Assembly (NCBI GenBank): GCA_963662545.2
Contig: CAXXLL010000002.1
Location: 672,001-736,000 of the forward strand
Origin: Gammaproteobacteria bacterium
Lineage (GTDB): Bacteria > Pseudomonadota > Gammaproteobacteria > Ga0077536
Length of the DNA stretch: 64,000 nt
Direction: 5' to 3'
Under the pieces are notes generated by a model that was not told the DNA's origin, made no database searches, and worked only from the letters and a program-made list of their open reading frames with translations. Below are positions 42,879 through 54,061 of this stretch, in pieces (position 1 is the stretch's first letter; each line of letters opens with the position of its first letter). Made by a program: the position numbers and the translations under genes.

Positions 42879-42951
42879 GTGGCGGGAAAGTCGTGCTACC
42901 GGACCTTTCCGTCCGTTGTCCGGCAGACAAGCGAAGCGCCCGGCTGGAACT

Positions 42952-44433
42952 CTACCACTGCAGTAGGTTGTCCCGCATCATCGGGCCGATATACTCTTTC
43001 CGGTAACGCCCGCGGCGCTGCATCTCCGGCACTACCATGTCCGCAATATCTACCCAGCATTGTGGAGAAGCGGTAGAGACCAACATAAAGCCGTCGGCGC
43101 CGCCCTCATCCATATAGTATTCCATCTGATCAGCTACATCCTTCGCCGTGCCGACAGCATGGGGCATGCACAAGCTGGCGCCATATATCTTGGCGCCTTC
43201 TCGCAGGGTGACCGGCACGCCATCTTTGAGCTGGCTCATCGCATCCATTACGCCCTGGATCCCCGGGACCTCGATGTTCTTAACGTCATCGTCTAAATCG
43301 AACTCGGAGAAGTCCACCATCATGTGGCCCGACATAATGGTCAAGGCCGCTTCGAGAGGCAGATGAGACTTTATGAACTCCCACTTCTCCTGCGCTCTCT
43401 CGCGGGTGATATCGACGACGGTTTGAAGACCGTATATGAGCTTCACGCTACCTGGCGGCCGGCCGAATTTTCCCAGGCGGTTATTGAGATCCGCGGAGTA
43501 CGCCCTCATCGTGTTTATCGTGGGTAAGATAGCGAAGATCGCCTCTGCGTGCTTGGCCGCGAAATCGCGCCCGCGATCAGATGAGCCGGCCTGCCAGAGT
43601 ACCGGATAAACCTGCGGCGATCGGTAAGCGATTGGCCGCCCATGACACTTGTAATACTTGCCTTTGTGGTTGACCGTATGAACCTTCGCCGGATCAGCGA
43701 AGATGCCGCTCTCCCGATCCCGAACGATGGCGTCGGGCTCCCATGCGTCCCAGAGCTTATAGCAGACGTCCAGGTACTCATCGAGCATGTCATAGCGGTC
43801 GCCGCGCGGTACGTAATCCCGTCCATATGCGTCAAATTCGCACTTGTTGAAGGAGGCGACGATATTCCATGCGACACGGCCCCCTGATAGGTGATCCATG
43901 GTCGATAGCCTGCGTGCCATCGAATAGGGGTGTTCAAAGGCGTTCGAGAGCGTGACCCCGATGCCTAAGTGCTTGGTGGCGCAGGCGACGATCGGCACCA
44001 GGGTGCCCGGCTCATGGACGGGGCATTGGACGCCCCACTTCACGGTCGCGTCTGAACTTCCCTCGTAGGTATCGTAGGGGGCGAGCACGTCAGCAATGAA
44101 CATTGCATCGAATAGCCCACGCTCCATCACTTGCGCTGCGACCTGCCAGTAATCGGGCCGGCTAAGGGGTAGATTAGCCCTGTCCCCAGGGAGACGCCAC
44201 ATACTTGGGCAGTGATGTGCGGCGATGGCATGTTGAAGGAATCCTACGAAGTGCGCTATTTTTTTCTTCCCTTTTATCTCGCGGCCCGTTTTGACGCCAG
44301 GTGTGGTCAGCAGGCTGCTCTCGTTGCGAAGCCTTGTAGCCTCTTCCTTTCGTGTTGCGTCCCGTGGTGTTTTCAGGCCAGTGGTGGCCTGGCGACTGGT
44401 CTTCTTTGCCACTACACCCTCCCGATTCTTCAA
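42952..44433 (-). CDS. NtaA/DmoA/DszA family FMN-dependent monooxygenase
   Basis: FDAMFIAD, HPYSMARRLSTMDHLSGGRVAWNIV, QAGSSDRGRDFAA; start uncertain. Confidence 0.9.
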   Translation of the reverse strand: MKNREGVVAKKTSRQATTGLKTPRDATRKEEATRLRNESSLLTTPGVKTGREIKGKKKIAHFVGFLQHAIAAHHCPSMWRLPGDRANLPLSRPDYWQVAAQVMERGLFDAMFIADVLAPYDTYEGSSDATVKWGVQCPVHEPGTLVPIVACATKHLGIGVTLSNAFEHPYSMARRLSTMDHLSGGRVAWNIVASFNKCEFDAYGRDYVPRGDRYDMLDEYLDVCYKLWDAWEPDAIVRDRESGIFADPAKVHTVNHKGKYYKCHGRPIAYRSPQVYPVLWQAGSSDRGRDFAAKHAEAIFAILPTINTMRAYSADLNNRLGKFGRPPGSVKLIYGLQTVVDITRERAQEKWEFIKSHLPLEAALTIMSGHMMVDFSEFDLDDDVKNIEVPGIQGVMDAMSQLKDGVPVTLREGAKIYGASLCMPHAVGTAKDVADQMEYYMDEGGADGFMLVSTASPQCWVDIADMVVPEMQRRGRYRKEYIGPMMRDNLLQW

Positions 44434-44569
44434 TTACATGACCCTATGCAAGCCAATCTACTATCGCAGTAGGTTGTCTCGTGGTGACGACCCATTGTAC
44501 TCATGCGATTGAATGGTCTCGCAGTGGGATTTTGAGTGTCATGACTTCCAAGGCCTGATTCTTGCGCAC

Positions 44570-44714
44570 GATGATCGCAAAGTGGTCGTCAGCGGCCTCG
44601 TCGCGGCATCGCCGCACTGCTAAGGTTTACGTCAGCAATGCGCTTGAAAGCGGTCGTTCGGCGGCGTTCAGTGGGGCGTTAAGCGAGGACTTCGGCTCCC
44701 GGGCAAGAGCGGTC
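44570..44714 (+). repeat. Three-box array repeat R18
   Basis: GGTCGTCAGCGGCC..GTCAGCAATGCGCTTGAAAGCGGTC..TTCGGCTCCCGGGCAAGAGCGGTC. Confidence 0.92.
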
Positions 44715-44792
44715 GCCCGCGCGCGAAACCCGTCGGAAATTTCCGTGGGTATACAGCGGTCCATCCGACATAATCGGTTAACCGATTATGAG

Positions 44793-45854
44793 TCAGCGCA
44801 TGCGGGCGATCACGGCGTTGGCAAACTCGTTGCACATCTCGTACTGACGGTCCGCTTGAGCGATGAAGTTGATGCCGGTCAGACCCTGGGCCTCGAGCTC
44901 GGTTAGCTGCTCGACGATGTCACCGGGCTGACCGGCGATGCAGAAGGCGCGGATGATCTCAGGGGTTACGAACCGTGCCTCGGCCGGGTCAAGGTGGCCG
45001 TAGTGGCTGTGGTGAGCTTCGGTAAACGACCGATCGGCGTCGCGTTCCTCGCGGAACGCCACGTACTCCTCCCAGATCGACCCGGCGTAGGCGGGCGGCT
45101 CGGCGCCGACCTCGCGGTAGCGGTCGTACATGAAGTGAATATTCACCATGATTGACGACCCGACTTCACCGAGCACTCGGTCGGACTGTAGCGTTTCACC
45201 GCGTCGCAAAAGCAAGAGGTTCACGAGAGCGTAGGTCTCGAAGTCGTCCATCGAGCGGCCCGATCGGTCGGCGCCGATCTTCACATTTACCAGGGCATCC
45301 GGAATGGATCCACCCCGCGGAATGGAGGTGATCAGACCCTCGCCGTACTCTCCCGCCAAGGCTTGTGCTAATGGACCGAACCCGCCGACGTGGATCGGTA
45401 TCGGATTGTCGAGGTTAATGTGTCCCAGCTCGAGGCTCTGGAACGCGATGTCTTCGCTGATACCGTTTGCCTCAAAGGTCACGGTCTCACCCGAGAGTAG
45501 GCCTCGAATTACCTGGAGATGGGCCTCAAACGTCGCGATTCGCATCGGTAACTGTCCCATCGCCCGCATTGCAGTGTTGCCGGTGCCGACTCCCAGGAAA
45601 GTCCGCCCTGGAGCGATCGCATTAATCGTGGCGATCGCGTTCGCCGTAACCGGTGCCATCGACAGGGCGGGGACGGCAACGCCAGGTCCGACAGCGATGC
45701 GGCTCGTCCTATCGGCTACGAGTGCAAGCAGCGCCCAGACGTTCGAGCGAATCATCGGGCTGTCCCACACCCAGCAGAAGTCGTAGCCCACTTGCTCGGC
45801 TCGGACGACGAGATCGACCTCCTTGATCTGGCTGACGGTGATTCCGAACTTCAC
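44793..45854 (-). CDS. LLM-class flavin-dependent oxidoreductase
   Basis: WVWDS, APGRTFLGVGTG, IPIHVGGFGP. Confidence 0.9.
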   Translation of the reverse strand: MKFGITVSQIKEVDLVVRAEQVGYDFCWVWDSPMIRSNVWALLALVADRTSRIAVGPGVAVPALSMAPVTANAIATINAIAPGRTFLGVGTGNTAMRAMGQLPMRIATFEAHLQVIRGLLSGETVTFEANGISEDIAFQSLELGHINLDNPIPIHVGGFGPLAQALAGEYGEGLITSIPRGGSIPDALVNVKIGADRSGRSMDDFETYALVNLLLLRRGETLQSDRVLGEVGSSIMVNIHFMYDRYREVGAEPPAYAGSIWEEYVAFREERDADRSFTEAHHSHYGHLDPAEARFVTPEIIRAFCIAGQPGDIVEQLTELEAQGLTGINFIAQADRQYEMCNEFANAVIARMR

Positions 45855-45943
45855 GCGATTTCTCCTTGAACTGGCTTGCCCGGAACGGTTTCATTAGCAA
45901 CTATAAGAAGAACAAAGCCAAATATCGAATGGCCGGAACGGGT

Positions 45944-45986
45944 TGCGGATTCAACCGGTCGATGTAACACATTGGCTAAAACGCTG
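45944..45986 (-). mobile_element. IS30-family right-end remnant
   Basis: Reverse complement reads QRFSQCVTSTG* then ATCCGCA; follows a box-1-like arm ATGGCCGGAACGGGT. Confidence 0.65.
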
Positions 45987-46152
45987 CGCCGGTGTTACCA
46001 AGGCACGGTGCTTGCTGTTGGGCGCGAACACGCCATGACAAATTCATCAGGAGTGAATTTGGACGCACGCAGTGCGCCCGTAGGGCGCGCGCCAGGGATG
46101 GCGCGCATCCAACCTTGTCAGGTTCACTCTGGGCTTGGGCACCAGCGCCACC
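45986..46152 (-). pseudogene. IS91 transposase internal fragment with palindromic insert
   Basis: Matches 51877-51978 (ALVPKPRVNLTR..PNSKHRALVTPA). Confidence 0.8.
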
Positions 46153-46434
46153 AAGCAGGCGCTCAAGCTGTATCCGTGGATCTGCGGGCGTTGTTCGCGC
46201 GAGTTCACCCACGCCAATCTGCACGAGTTGACCGTCCATCATCGCGACCACGATCACGACAATAACCCGCCGGACGGCAGCAACTGGGAACTGCTATGCC
46301 TTTACTGCCACGATAACGAGCACCAGCGGATGGTCGCAGAGCACGGAGCGCCTGAGCAATCGGCCGACGCCAAGGACGACAGCGCGACGCATCGGCCGTT
46401 TCCCGGACTCGACGAGATATTAAAGCGCGACTAA
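46153..46434 (+). pseudogene. yajD: YajD HNH nuclease, 5'-truncated
   Basis: ALKLYPWICGRC.REF..LTVHHRDHDHDNNPPDGSNWELLCLYCHDNEH. Confidence 0.8.
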
Positions 46435-46584
46435 GCGGCTTTTATAGACGCCTGCTCCTTCGCTTTTTCGACTCACTCCGGTTCATGCCCGGGTTTGACC
46501 CGGCATGGAATGGTCGTCATGTCGACCACGCCCTGTTCCTTGTCCTGAAAATCTTCAGTGTCCGGCACCAGCAGGGCGTCGGCG

Positions 46585-46720
46585 TGCAGCCACAAGGCCG
46601 CATCTTTGACATGCGCGTTCGGACGTGGATCCAGCACGATCATCTTTGCACCGCGATCCAGTGCGCGGGTCAGGCGCCCCCACATCGCGCTCCAGTTCTG
46701 CCGTGTCGGCACGTGGCCGC
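46585..46720 (-). pseudogene. Molybdopterin oxidoreductase internal scrap
   Basis: RALDRGAKMIVLDPR..AALWL. Confidence 0.6.
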
Positions 46721-46890
46721 CGAGCATGTTGGAGTCTACGATCCGGCGGTTCGTGTTCGTAAGCTGATCGCGGAGATTATTAAAGTCTGTGCGTGTAAGA
46801 AAATTGAGTAGAATGCGCACCACCGCATGGCTGTGTGGCGGTCTATACAAGCTCACGATCTGCATCTCCATCCCGACAAAGCCCCACCTC

Positions 46891-48225
46891 TTGCTAGATA
46901 AAGAACGGTTCGACCGCATCCTGGCCCTCGCGTTGCCGATCGTCGGCGGCATGGTGTCCCAGAACATCTTCAACCTCGTCGATTCGGCGATGGTGAGCCG
47001 TTTGGAAAACAGCAACGCGGCGCTCGCAGCCGTCGGCGTAGCTGGTTTCACGCTGTTCGTCATGCAGGCCATCATCCTCGGTTTCTCGACCGGGGTGCAG
47101 GCCTCGGCCTCGCGCCGCAAAGGCCAGGGGCGCTTGAATGAGACGGCGTTGTTCCTCAATGCGGCGCTCATCATTGTCATGTTGGCCGCACCACTCTTGT
47201 CGCTCTTGGTGATCAATGGGGTGCCGGACGTTTTTCACTATATCAATGAAGATCCCGATGTCATCGCACTCGGGGTTCCTTACCTGCAGATCCGAGCGTT
47301 CGGAATCGTGTTCGTCGCGATGAACTTTTCGTTTCGCGGTTATTGGAACGCTGTCGATCTCACGCACGTGTATATGCGGACTTTGATCTCGATGCACGTG
47401 CTCAATATCGTGTTGAATTACATTCTCATTTTCGGCAACTTCGGCGCGCCGGCACTAGGTGTGCGTGGTGCCGCCATCGCGTCGGTGTCGGCGCTGGGTT
47501 TCGGCACCTTGATCTATTGTCTGTTTGGCCTGCGTTATGCGCGCGAGAACGGTTTTCTACGCGGCCTACCGCCGCGCGCGGATATCAAGACCTTGATTCG
47601 GCTATCCATTCCTCCGGGCATCCAGCAGATGTTTTTCGCGGCCGGATTTCTCGCGACCTACTGGATCATCGGAAAAGTCGGTACCGCAGAAGTCGCCGCT
47701 GCCAACGTGCTGCTCAACGTCATGCTGATCGCGATGTTGCCGGGCATGGGCCTTGGTCTGTCAGCGGCGACCCTGGTCGGACAGGCGCTCGGCCGTGAAG
47801 ATCCCAACGATGCGGCGCGATGGGGTTGGGACGTGGTCAAGGTCGCGATGATCGGCATGGGCGTACTGGCGTTGCCAATGATCTTTTTTCCGGAACAGCT
47901 CATCGCCTCTATCTACGAGTTGGAAGCCGCAACGCTCGAGCTAGCCCTATGGCCGTTGCGGTTGATCGGCCTCAGCATGATCTTCGAGGCGGCGGGCATG
48001 GTGCTTATGAACGCGTTGTTAGGTGCTGGGTATAACCGTCGCGTCATGGCGGTCTCCATTACGAATCAATGGTTGATCTTCCTGCCGCTCGCCTACCTCG
48101 TTGGGCCCGTGCTGGGATACGGCTTGACCGCTATCTATCTGGTACAGGTTATTTATCGCGCTTTTCAGGCGTTCGTCTTTTCAGGTTTCTGGCTAAAACG
48201 CAATTGGGCGGAGGTGAAGATCTGA
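46891..48225 (+). CDS. MATE efflux transporter
   Basis: LALPI, DSAMV, NIVLNYILIFGNFGAPALGVRGAAIA, VGQALG; start uncertain. Confidence 0.9.
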   Translation: MLDKERFDRILALALPIVGGMVSQNIFNLVDSAMVSRLENSNAALAAVGVAGFTLFVMQAIILGFSTGVQASASRRKGQGRLNETALFLNAALIIVMLAAPLLSLLVINGVPDVFHYINEDPDVIALGVPYLQIRAFGIVFVAMNFSFRGYWNAVDLTHVYMRTLISMHVLNIVLNYILIFGNFGAPALGVRGAAIASVSALGFGTLIYCLFGLRYARENGFLRGLPPRADIKTLIRLSIPPGIQQMFFAAGFLATYWIIGKVGTAEVAAANVLLNVMLIAMLPGMGLGLSAATLVGQALGREDPNDAARWGWDVVKVAMIGMGVLALPMIFFPEQLIASIYELEAATLELALWPLRLIGLSMIFEAAGMVLMNALLGAGYNRRVMAVSITNQWLIFLPLAYLVGPVLGYGLTAIYLVQVIYRAFQAFVFSGFWLKRNWAEVKI

Positions 48226-48250
48226 TATATAACTCGATCAAGCAAAGGAT

Positions 48251-48314
48251 TCGCCCGCAAGCGGGCTCCTACGATTCGTGGTTTAACTCCCGTAGGAGCG
48301 CGCTTGCGCGCGAA
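48251..48314. repeat. GTAG-family REP doublet
   Basis: TCGCCCGCAAGCGGGCTCCTAC ... GTAGGAGCGCGCTTGCGCGCGA, inverted pair. Confidence 0.8.
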
Positions 48315-48334
48315 GCCGAACTCAAGAAAACCTT

Positions 48335-48805
48335 ATGACAGGCCAGATCGACAAGCGCCTCGTAGAACTCGGTATCTCGCTTCCCCAAGCGCAAAAGCCC
48401 GTGGTCGCTAAAATCAAGGGTACGTCTATTATCGGCAACACGCTCTACGTATCCGGCATGATCCCGCAATGGGAGGGCGAGGTGCGTTACGTCGGCACGG
48501 TCGGCCGGGAATTCACCATCGAGGAAGGCCGCGCGGCAGCGCGTTTGAGCGCGCTCAACGTGCTGGCGCAAGCGCGCGTTGCACTGGATGGGGATCTCGA
48601 CCGCATCAAGCAGATCGCGAAGGTCTCGGGCTTCGTCAAATGCACACCTGACGTCATCGAAGTAGCAGCGGTGGTGAACGGGGCGTCGGAGCTTTTTATC
48701 GAGGTGTTCGCCCAGCGCGGAGAACACGCGCGGATCGCCGTGGGCGCAGCAACAATGCCGCTCGGCGTAGTGGTCGAGATCGAGGCGATCATGGAGATTG
48801 AGTGA
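48335..48805 (+). CDS. RidA/YjgF family protein
   Basis: LYVSG, VVNGASEL, GEHARIAVG, VEIE. Confidence 0.9.
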   Translation: MTGQIDKRLVELGISLPQAQKPVVAKIKGTSIIGNTLYVSGMIPQWEGEVRYVGTVGREFTIEEGRAAARLSALNVLAQARVALDGDLDRIKQIAKVSGFVKCTPDVIEVAAVVNGASELFIEVFAQRGEHARIAVGAATMPLGVVVEIEAIMEIE

Positions 48806-48872
48806 CGACGTCGCCGGCTCCTCTACTCTCTCATAAACCGCCACAGCGCCCACTATCGCCTTCAGATTGCCG

Positions 48873-49060
48873 CTAGTGCTGCGGCATCAGTCCGAAGTTG
48901 AACTCGAGCCTTGTAAAAGGCGTCTCTATTCCGTTTTGTTCCCCGAGCGCCCCATCGGTGCAGACCTTGAACTCACCAACCAATGATTCCTTAGTCGCGA
49001 ATACGGCATCTGAATCGAGATATTTATCACCCTTGACAAATACATGCGTCGTCAATGGCT
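48873..49060 (-). pseudogene. Intradiol (catechol/hydroxyquinol) dioxygenase 3' fragment
   Basis: LTTHVFVKGDKYLDSDAVFATKESLV. Confidence 0.8.
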
Positions 49061-49258
49061 ACGTAACCGTCGGCATCGACAATGAAATGAATATGCGCGG
49101 GCCGGAAGACGTGACGTCCAGCCGCGTTTAGCATGCGGGCGACCGGGCCGTTCTCAAGGTCGTTGCCCGATTATTCAGGTTGCGAGTGTTCACCGCTTGG
49201 CAGATTGGAACCAACTCCCAAACGATCGCGACTCCGTGAATGACATGTCGAGGTGGAG

Positions 49259-51170
49259 TTAATGTGGCAATGCCAGATCTCGGTACCATAGCTGCCGGGT
49301 CGTCGTAGCCCGGCTTGCAACTATCCAACGACCGTCTGGGGAGACTTGCGGCATTAGAAGATTACCTCGCATTGAATGCGTAAGCTTCTCGACCTTCCCG
49401 CCCGAGGCCGACACCCGAAAGAGCTGATATCGACCATCGATACGGCCCGAGAACACTATGGTGCGGCCGTCTGGAGACCAATCTAGACCAGTAAACGTCG
49501 TGCTGTTGAATTCTGCAATCTTACGCGTCTCCCGGCTTTCTAAATCAAGCAGAATTATCCGATGCACATCTCCGAGCGCCCAATCTTCAACCGCAATGAT
49601 GTCCGCTACGGGCGACCAATATTGCATGCGTGCATTCTCGATGTCGCCAGGCGTCCCGATCCATTCGACATTCTGCCTAGCGCCCGTCTCAGGGTCGATC
49701 GTTATAAGGACTAATTCGGTAACGAACGTCGGCCCACCCTGCCGCCAAGACGATAGGATAAAACGTCGACTGTCAGGCGCCCAATCCGCTAGACCAACCT
49801 CCCACAGCGTTGGCGGAGTCACATGGATCTCTTCCTCAATTCCCGCGCCTTCGCGCAGTAATGCGAGACCGTCGCGACAAATTTCCCCCCAGCCATGCAG
49901 GTAATGTGGCACCGAATGGTCGCAGCGATGCGTGTGATACAGCATCCATCGGCCGTCAGGCGACCACGCAGGCGTAAAGTCTTCGTGGTTGCCAACGATC
50001 AGCATCTCAGGTGGCGCGAGGACTCTCGCCTGAGTATCAACCTTCACCGCGGCAACGTCGTATAACATGGCGCTGTCGATCACTCGATTATCGCCAATCG
50101 TGTAGGCAATGCGTTTTCCATCGGGTGACCAGTAAGGCAATGATCCATTCTCAGCGACCAGCCGTGCGCGGCCACCGTTGAAGGGTACAACTACGATATC
50201 GTTCTCGAGAGCACTGCGGGTCCAATACAAAGACGTTCCTACGACGACGGGAGAAAAATCGTCGAACGGTGAATCGACGATTTTCTGAAGCGAACGGTTC
50301 GAGAGCTTGAACACGTATATATCAAGGTCCCTGTCGGGAGGATTTGGTACGTGCCGCGATTCGACCGATGGTTGTCCATCGCTCGCGAGGCTTAGATAAA
50401 TTAGTCCTCCAATCTTATCGACGCCGATTGAGGTTGAATTCGCGGCGGCGTCAAGTTCCCCTAGAAGCGGGGTAACCCGCCCCAGCGGAACATCAACCTC
50501 GACAAGCGACCCCAATCCAGTTTCAAAATCGTGTAGTACGACCGCAAGTGCGCGATCCGAAAGCCATTCAACTGCCACGATGCGACCATTCAGCTCGATC
50601 GTTTTGAGTGCTTCCGGCGTACCCACATTTAGGTGATTCCAGTCGGTGTGGCGTAGGAAGTAATGACCGGCACGAAAGAACGCGACCTGCGTTCTGCTTT
50701 CGTCCCAACGCTGTATGATGTTGCTGGGTAGCGACTCGATTGCCGCGGCGCCAGGAATATCCGTTTGCCAACCGTCGCCTGTGACCGGCACGAAAGAACG
50801 CGACCTGCGTTCTGCTTTCGTCCCAACGCTGTATGATGTTGCTGGGTAGCGACTCGATTGCCGCGGCGCCAGGAATATCCGTTTGCCAACCGTCGCCTGT
50901 ATCAAATGCGACGGTATCCTTCGATCCGACGAAGGCCGCAAATTGAGCGCCCTCGGGGATGCCGTCCAATAATCGGCCTGTCGCGAGGTCGACCATGCCG
51001 AACTGGGGCCCTCGTCCAAAGGTAGCCAGCTTTTCATCGGACGATACGGCCAGTTCAGTCGGATATGAGAATATCCAACCTCCGATCTGATCTTCATAAA
51101 TCAATCGGTCTGCGTTTGCGACTGCGCTGAAAATCATTGTGACTAGAGCGCCAGTCATCTTTCGTCGCAT
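49259..51170 (-). pseudogene. TolB-like PD40 beta-propeller protein, frameshifted by a 118-bp tandem duplication
   Basis: Several WSPDG motifs; duplication 50664-50781 / 50782-50899. Confidence 0.82.
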
Positions 51171-51317
51171 CGCCGTGCGACCATTGTGTCGTTTGATAGG
51201 CATTATTAAAAGTCGGCCCCAACTACAGAAAAGGGAACGCACTTATTTCCTCCTTACCTTTTGAAGATATAGGGACGGACTAAAATAAATGCGTCCCCAG
51301 TGCCTCCGTCTTTTTCG

Positions 51318-53400
51318 AGTATAGGAAGCATAAACTCCGGTTCCCCAAGAATCCACCGCCTCTGAATAGCCGCCCACCCGACTCTTCGCCCTGCTCGCTG
51401 CACAATCTGCGCTGAATTCCACCACCAGTGCCTGAACTTTCCCCAGCTTTTCGCCCCTTTCCGTCCCATGCTTGCCTTCAAGCGAACAGCATCTCTGCCG
51501 CGCCGTCAAAGTTGCAGCAACTTGATTGGATTGGTTTATATTGCCGGTGTCAGCCGCACAGCTCTACCTGAGGCGGCGCCCTGCTTTGTGGCAACAACGC
51601 CGCCGGTTCCGGAGCCGGTTTTTCTTTCAGGTGAGTCAGTATCTTCTTGATCACCACCGGGTCTTCGATGCAGGCAATCACTTTGACGATGCCGCCGCAT
51701 TCACCGCAGGTCTCGATATCGATGTGGCCTACAGGGATGTAGGTCAGGGGCGTGAGCAGGACGCGGAAGCTTTGAAGACGCGCTTGAGTCGCGGTGCTTA
51801 AGGCTCATCGAAACCCGATGCGCGGCGGGCGTTGGCGGCTCATCTAATACTTTGGCCTTGTTGACTTTGCCGCGCTTCGCCGGTGTTACCAAGGCACGGT
51901 GCTTGCTGTTGGGCGCGCGCCAGGGATGGCGCGCATACAACCTTGTCAGGTTCACTCTGGGCTTGGGCACCAGCGCCACCCATCTTGCAATAAAGTATTC
52001 CGGGCATCCATGCCCGTCACCCCTTCGGGGCCAGCCTTCGGCTGTTCAAATTTGTTCCCGACAAATTTGTCCAGGGGCTCGAAAATGCCGTGCAGGGATG
52101 CGCGGGACTGGCCACATGCGTGGTGCCGTCGCGATACGGGGTTTTCAACGCGTAACGCACTTTGCCCTGCGCGGTGAGCGACAGGCGCTTTTCGGATACC
52201 GCCGGCCGGGTGATGTAGCGGCACAGGCGTTCCAACTTGTCCCGTTCATGGGCCTTGGCGGTGACGCCGGCGTGCAGGGAAAAACCGGCGACATTGCCGG
52301 GCGCCTCGCCATAGTGCTCTTCGGGGTCGCAGACGGGCAGGGTTTGCAAGGTGAATACTTTGCGCCCAGCATTTGGTCCCACAGCAATGCGGTAGGTAGC
52401 CGCTCTCGCGCGTCCCTGCGCTTCGCGGCATTCGTGCTTCCCTGCACATCATGGAATGCCCTTGCAGCTGTTCCATTGGCCCCATTTCCACGGCGTCCGC
52501 GGCGAGATAACTGTTTTCGATGTCACGTTCCAGTAAGCCCTGACGCTCGAGACAAATTTGCCAGGAGCAAATTTGGACGCACGAAGTGCGCCCGAAGGGG
52601 GCGCGCCAAGGACGGCACGCATCAAAGCGGCCGATGCCCTGGGCGATGGTGTGGACCAGTTGGGTGAGTTCGGCGCTTGTGGGCGCCTTCACCCAGCGGA
52701 ACTTGCCGCCGTCAACATACACCCGTCGAGGAACAGCATATGACAAATCGGCAGGACAGCCGATTTGCACAACCGGAGGTTGCCCCGCAAGGGTGGCACA
52801 CAGGGATGTGCGCCATGCAAATGGATATTCAGGTTGACCGCCGACCCGAAGCGCTGAATGAGTGTGACGGCATCAGCGCAAGCCGTGGTTTTTGTGTAAC
52901 CGGCTTTCCGGGTCAGATGCGTGGCGATGGTGCGGTAGACGATGCCCAGCACACGACTCATGACGTCTGGGCGACTGGCAAATAGAAAGCGTAGCGGGAA
53001 CGGTACGCTGAGCACCCACTGGCGCATCGGCTGTTCGGGCAAAACCTCATCCACCAACAAGGCGGCGCTTTGCGCCATGCGCCGTGTCCCGCAACTGGGG
53101 CAAAAGCCACGCCGTTTGCAGCTGAACGCCACCCGGCGTTCAGCATGGCAGGTGTCACAACGCACCCGTAGGAAGCCGTGCTCGCGGCGCCCGCATTTGA
53201 GGTACTCGTCGAACTCGCGCTCGACATACCCCGGCAATGTCGTTCCCTGAGCCGCCAAGTGGCCCTGGAACGCGGGATAATGCTCTTCAACAAGCTGGTA
53301 AAGGAGGGTGCGTTCCGGGCGATGGCGTTCGTAGACCGACGCAACAACCCCCGCACTGGCTTCCCTGCCAGCAGGCAACGGCAACATATTCGCATCCTTG
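51318..53400 (-). mobile_element. IS91/ISCR element, transposase (~53387 to 51550) disrupted by small inserts
   Basis: FSCKRRGFCPSCG, RQWVLSVP, GFSLHAG, LERLCRYITRP; oriIS-like GTTTATGCTTCCTATAC on minus strand near 51318-51335. Confidence 0.88.
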
Positions 53401-53656
53401 CGAAATCGTCTTGAAGGTTAGCCTAACAGACCCCCTTCATCGTCGTCGCGGGCATTAGCCGATTTGGAGATCGCGTTAGGTAATGTATTTCTCTGTGATC
53501 TCTGTGGTTTTATTTTATTGTGCCGCTCCGTAGTACGTCTGCGTATCCATTCATGCCTTAAGATCCTGCCTACGATTCCCGACTAAATGCCAATCCGGTC
53601 GGCCATTTCCAAGAGATATTTGAGGTCTCCGCGCGTGCTGGCCTGCTCATCACCAG

Positions 53657-53709
53657 GGTGGGTCAGTTTTCAACCGGCCAGGTGGGCCAGTTTTCAACCG
53701 GCGTTGACA
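53657..53709. mobile_element. IS21-family end remnant
   Basis: GGTGGGTCAGTTTTCAACCGGC repeated twice, ending GTTGACA. Confidence 0.7.
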
Positions 53710-53918
53710 CGTGTTAGCGCCGGGCCGACCGAGACCCGACGCGCCGCCTGACAAAAAGCCCGACTCGTACGCTTGACCATGACTTTCTCATCGCTGACGG
53801 ACCCGGACGATGGCGACGAGCGGCCGTGGCAGCCATGGTGGGGTACAACGTGCAGACGGTCGACACGAAGAGTCGCTCGGGTCCAAAAAAATCAATAACG
53901 TGGATAATGCAGCGCAAC

Positions 53919-54061
53919 AAGTCCGCTTCGGGTCGTCAGCCGCCTGATCGCGGCAGTGCAGCACTGATTAGGATTACGTCTACAATGCTCTTCATAGCGG
54001 TCGTCGAGTTGCTTCAAGCGTCGTACAAACGCACGACCTAGCCTCGCGGCCAGATGCGGTC
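53919..54061 (+). repeat. Three-box array repeat R19
   Basis: AAGTCCGCTTCGGGTCGTCAGCCGCCTGATCGCGGCAGTGCAGCACTG..CATAGCGGTC..CGCGGCCAGATGCGGTC. Confidence 0.92.
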
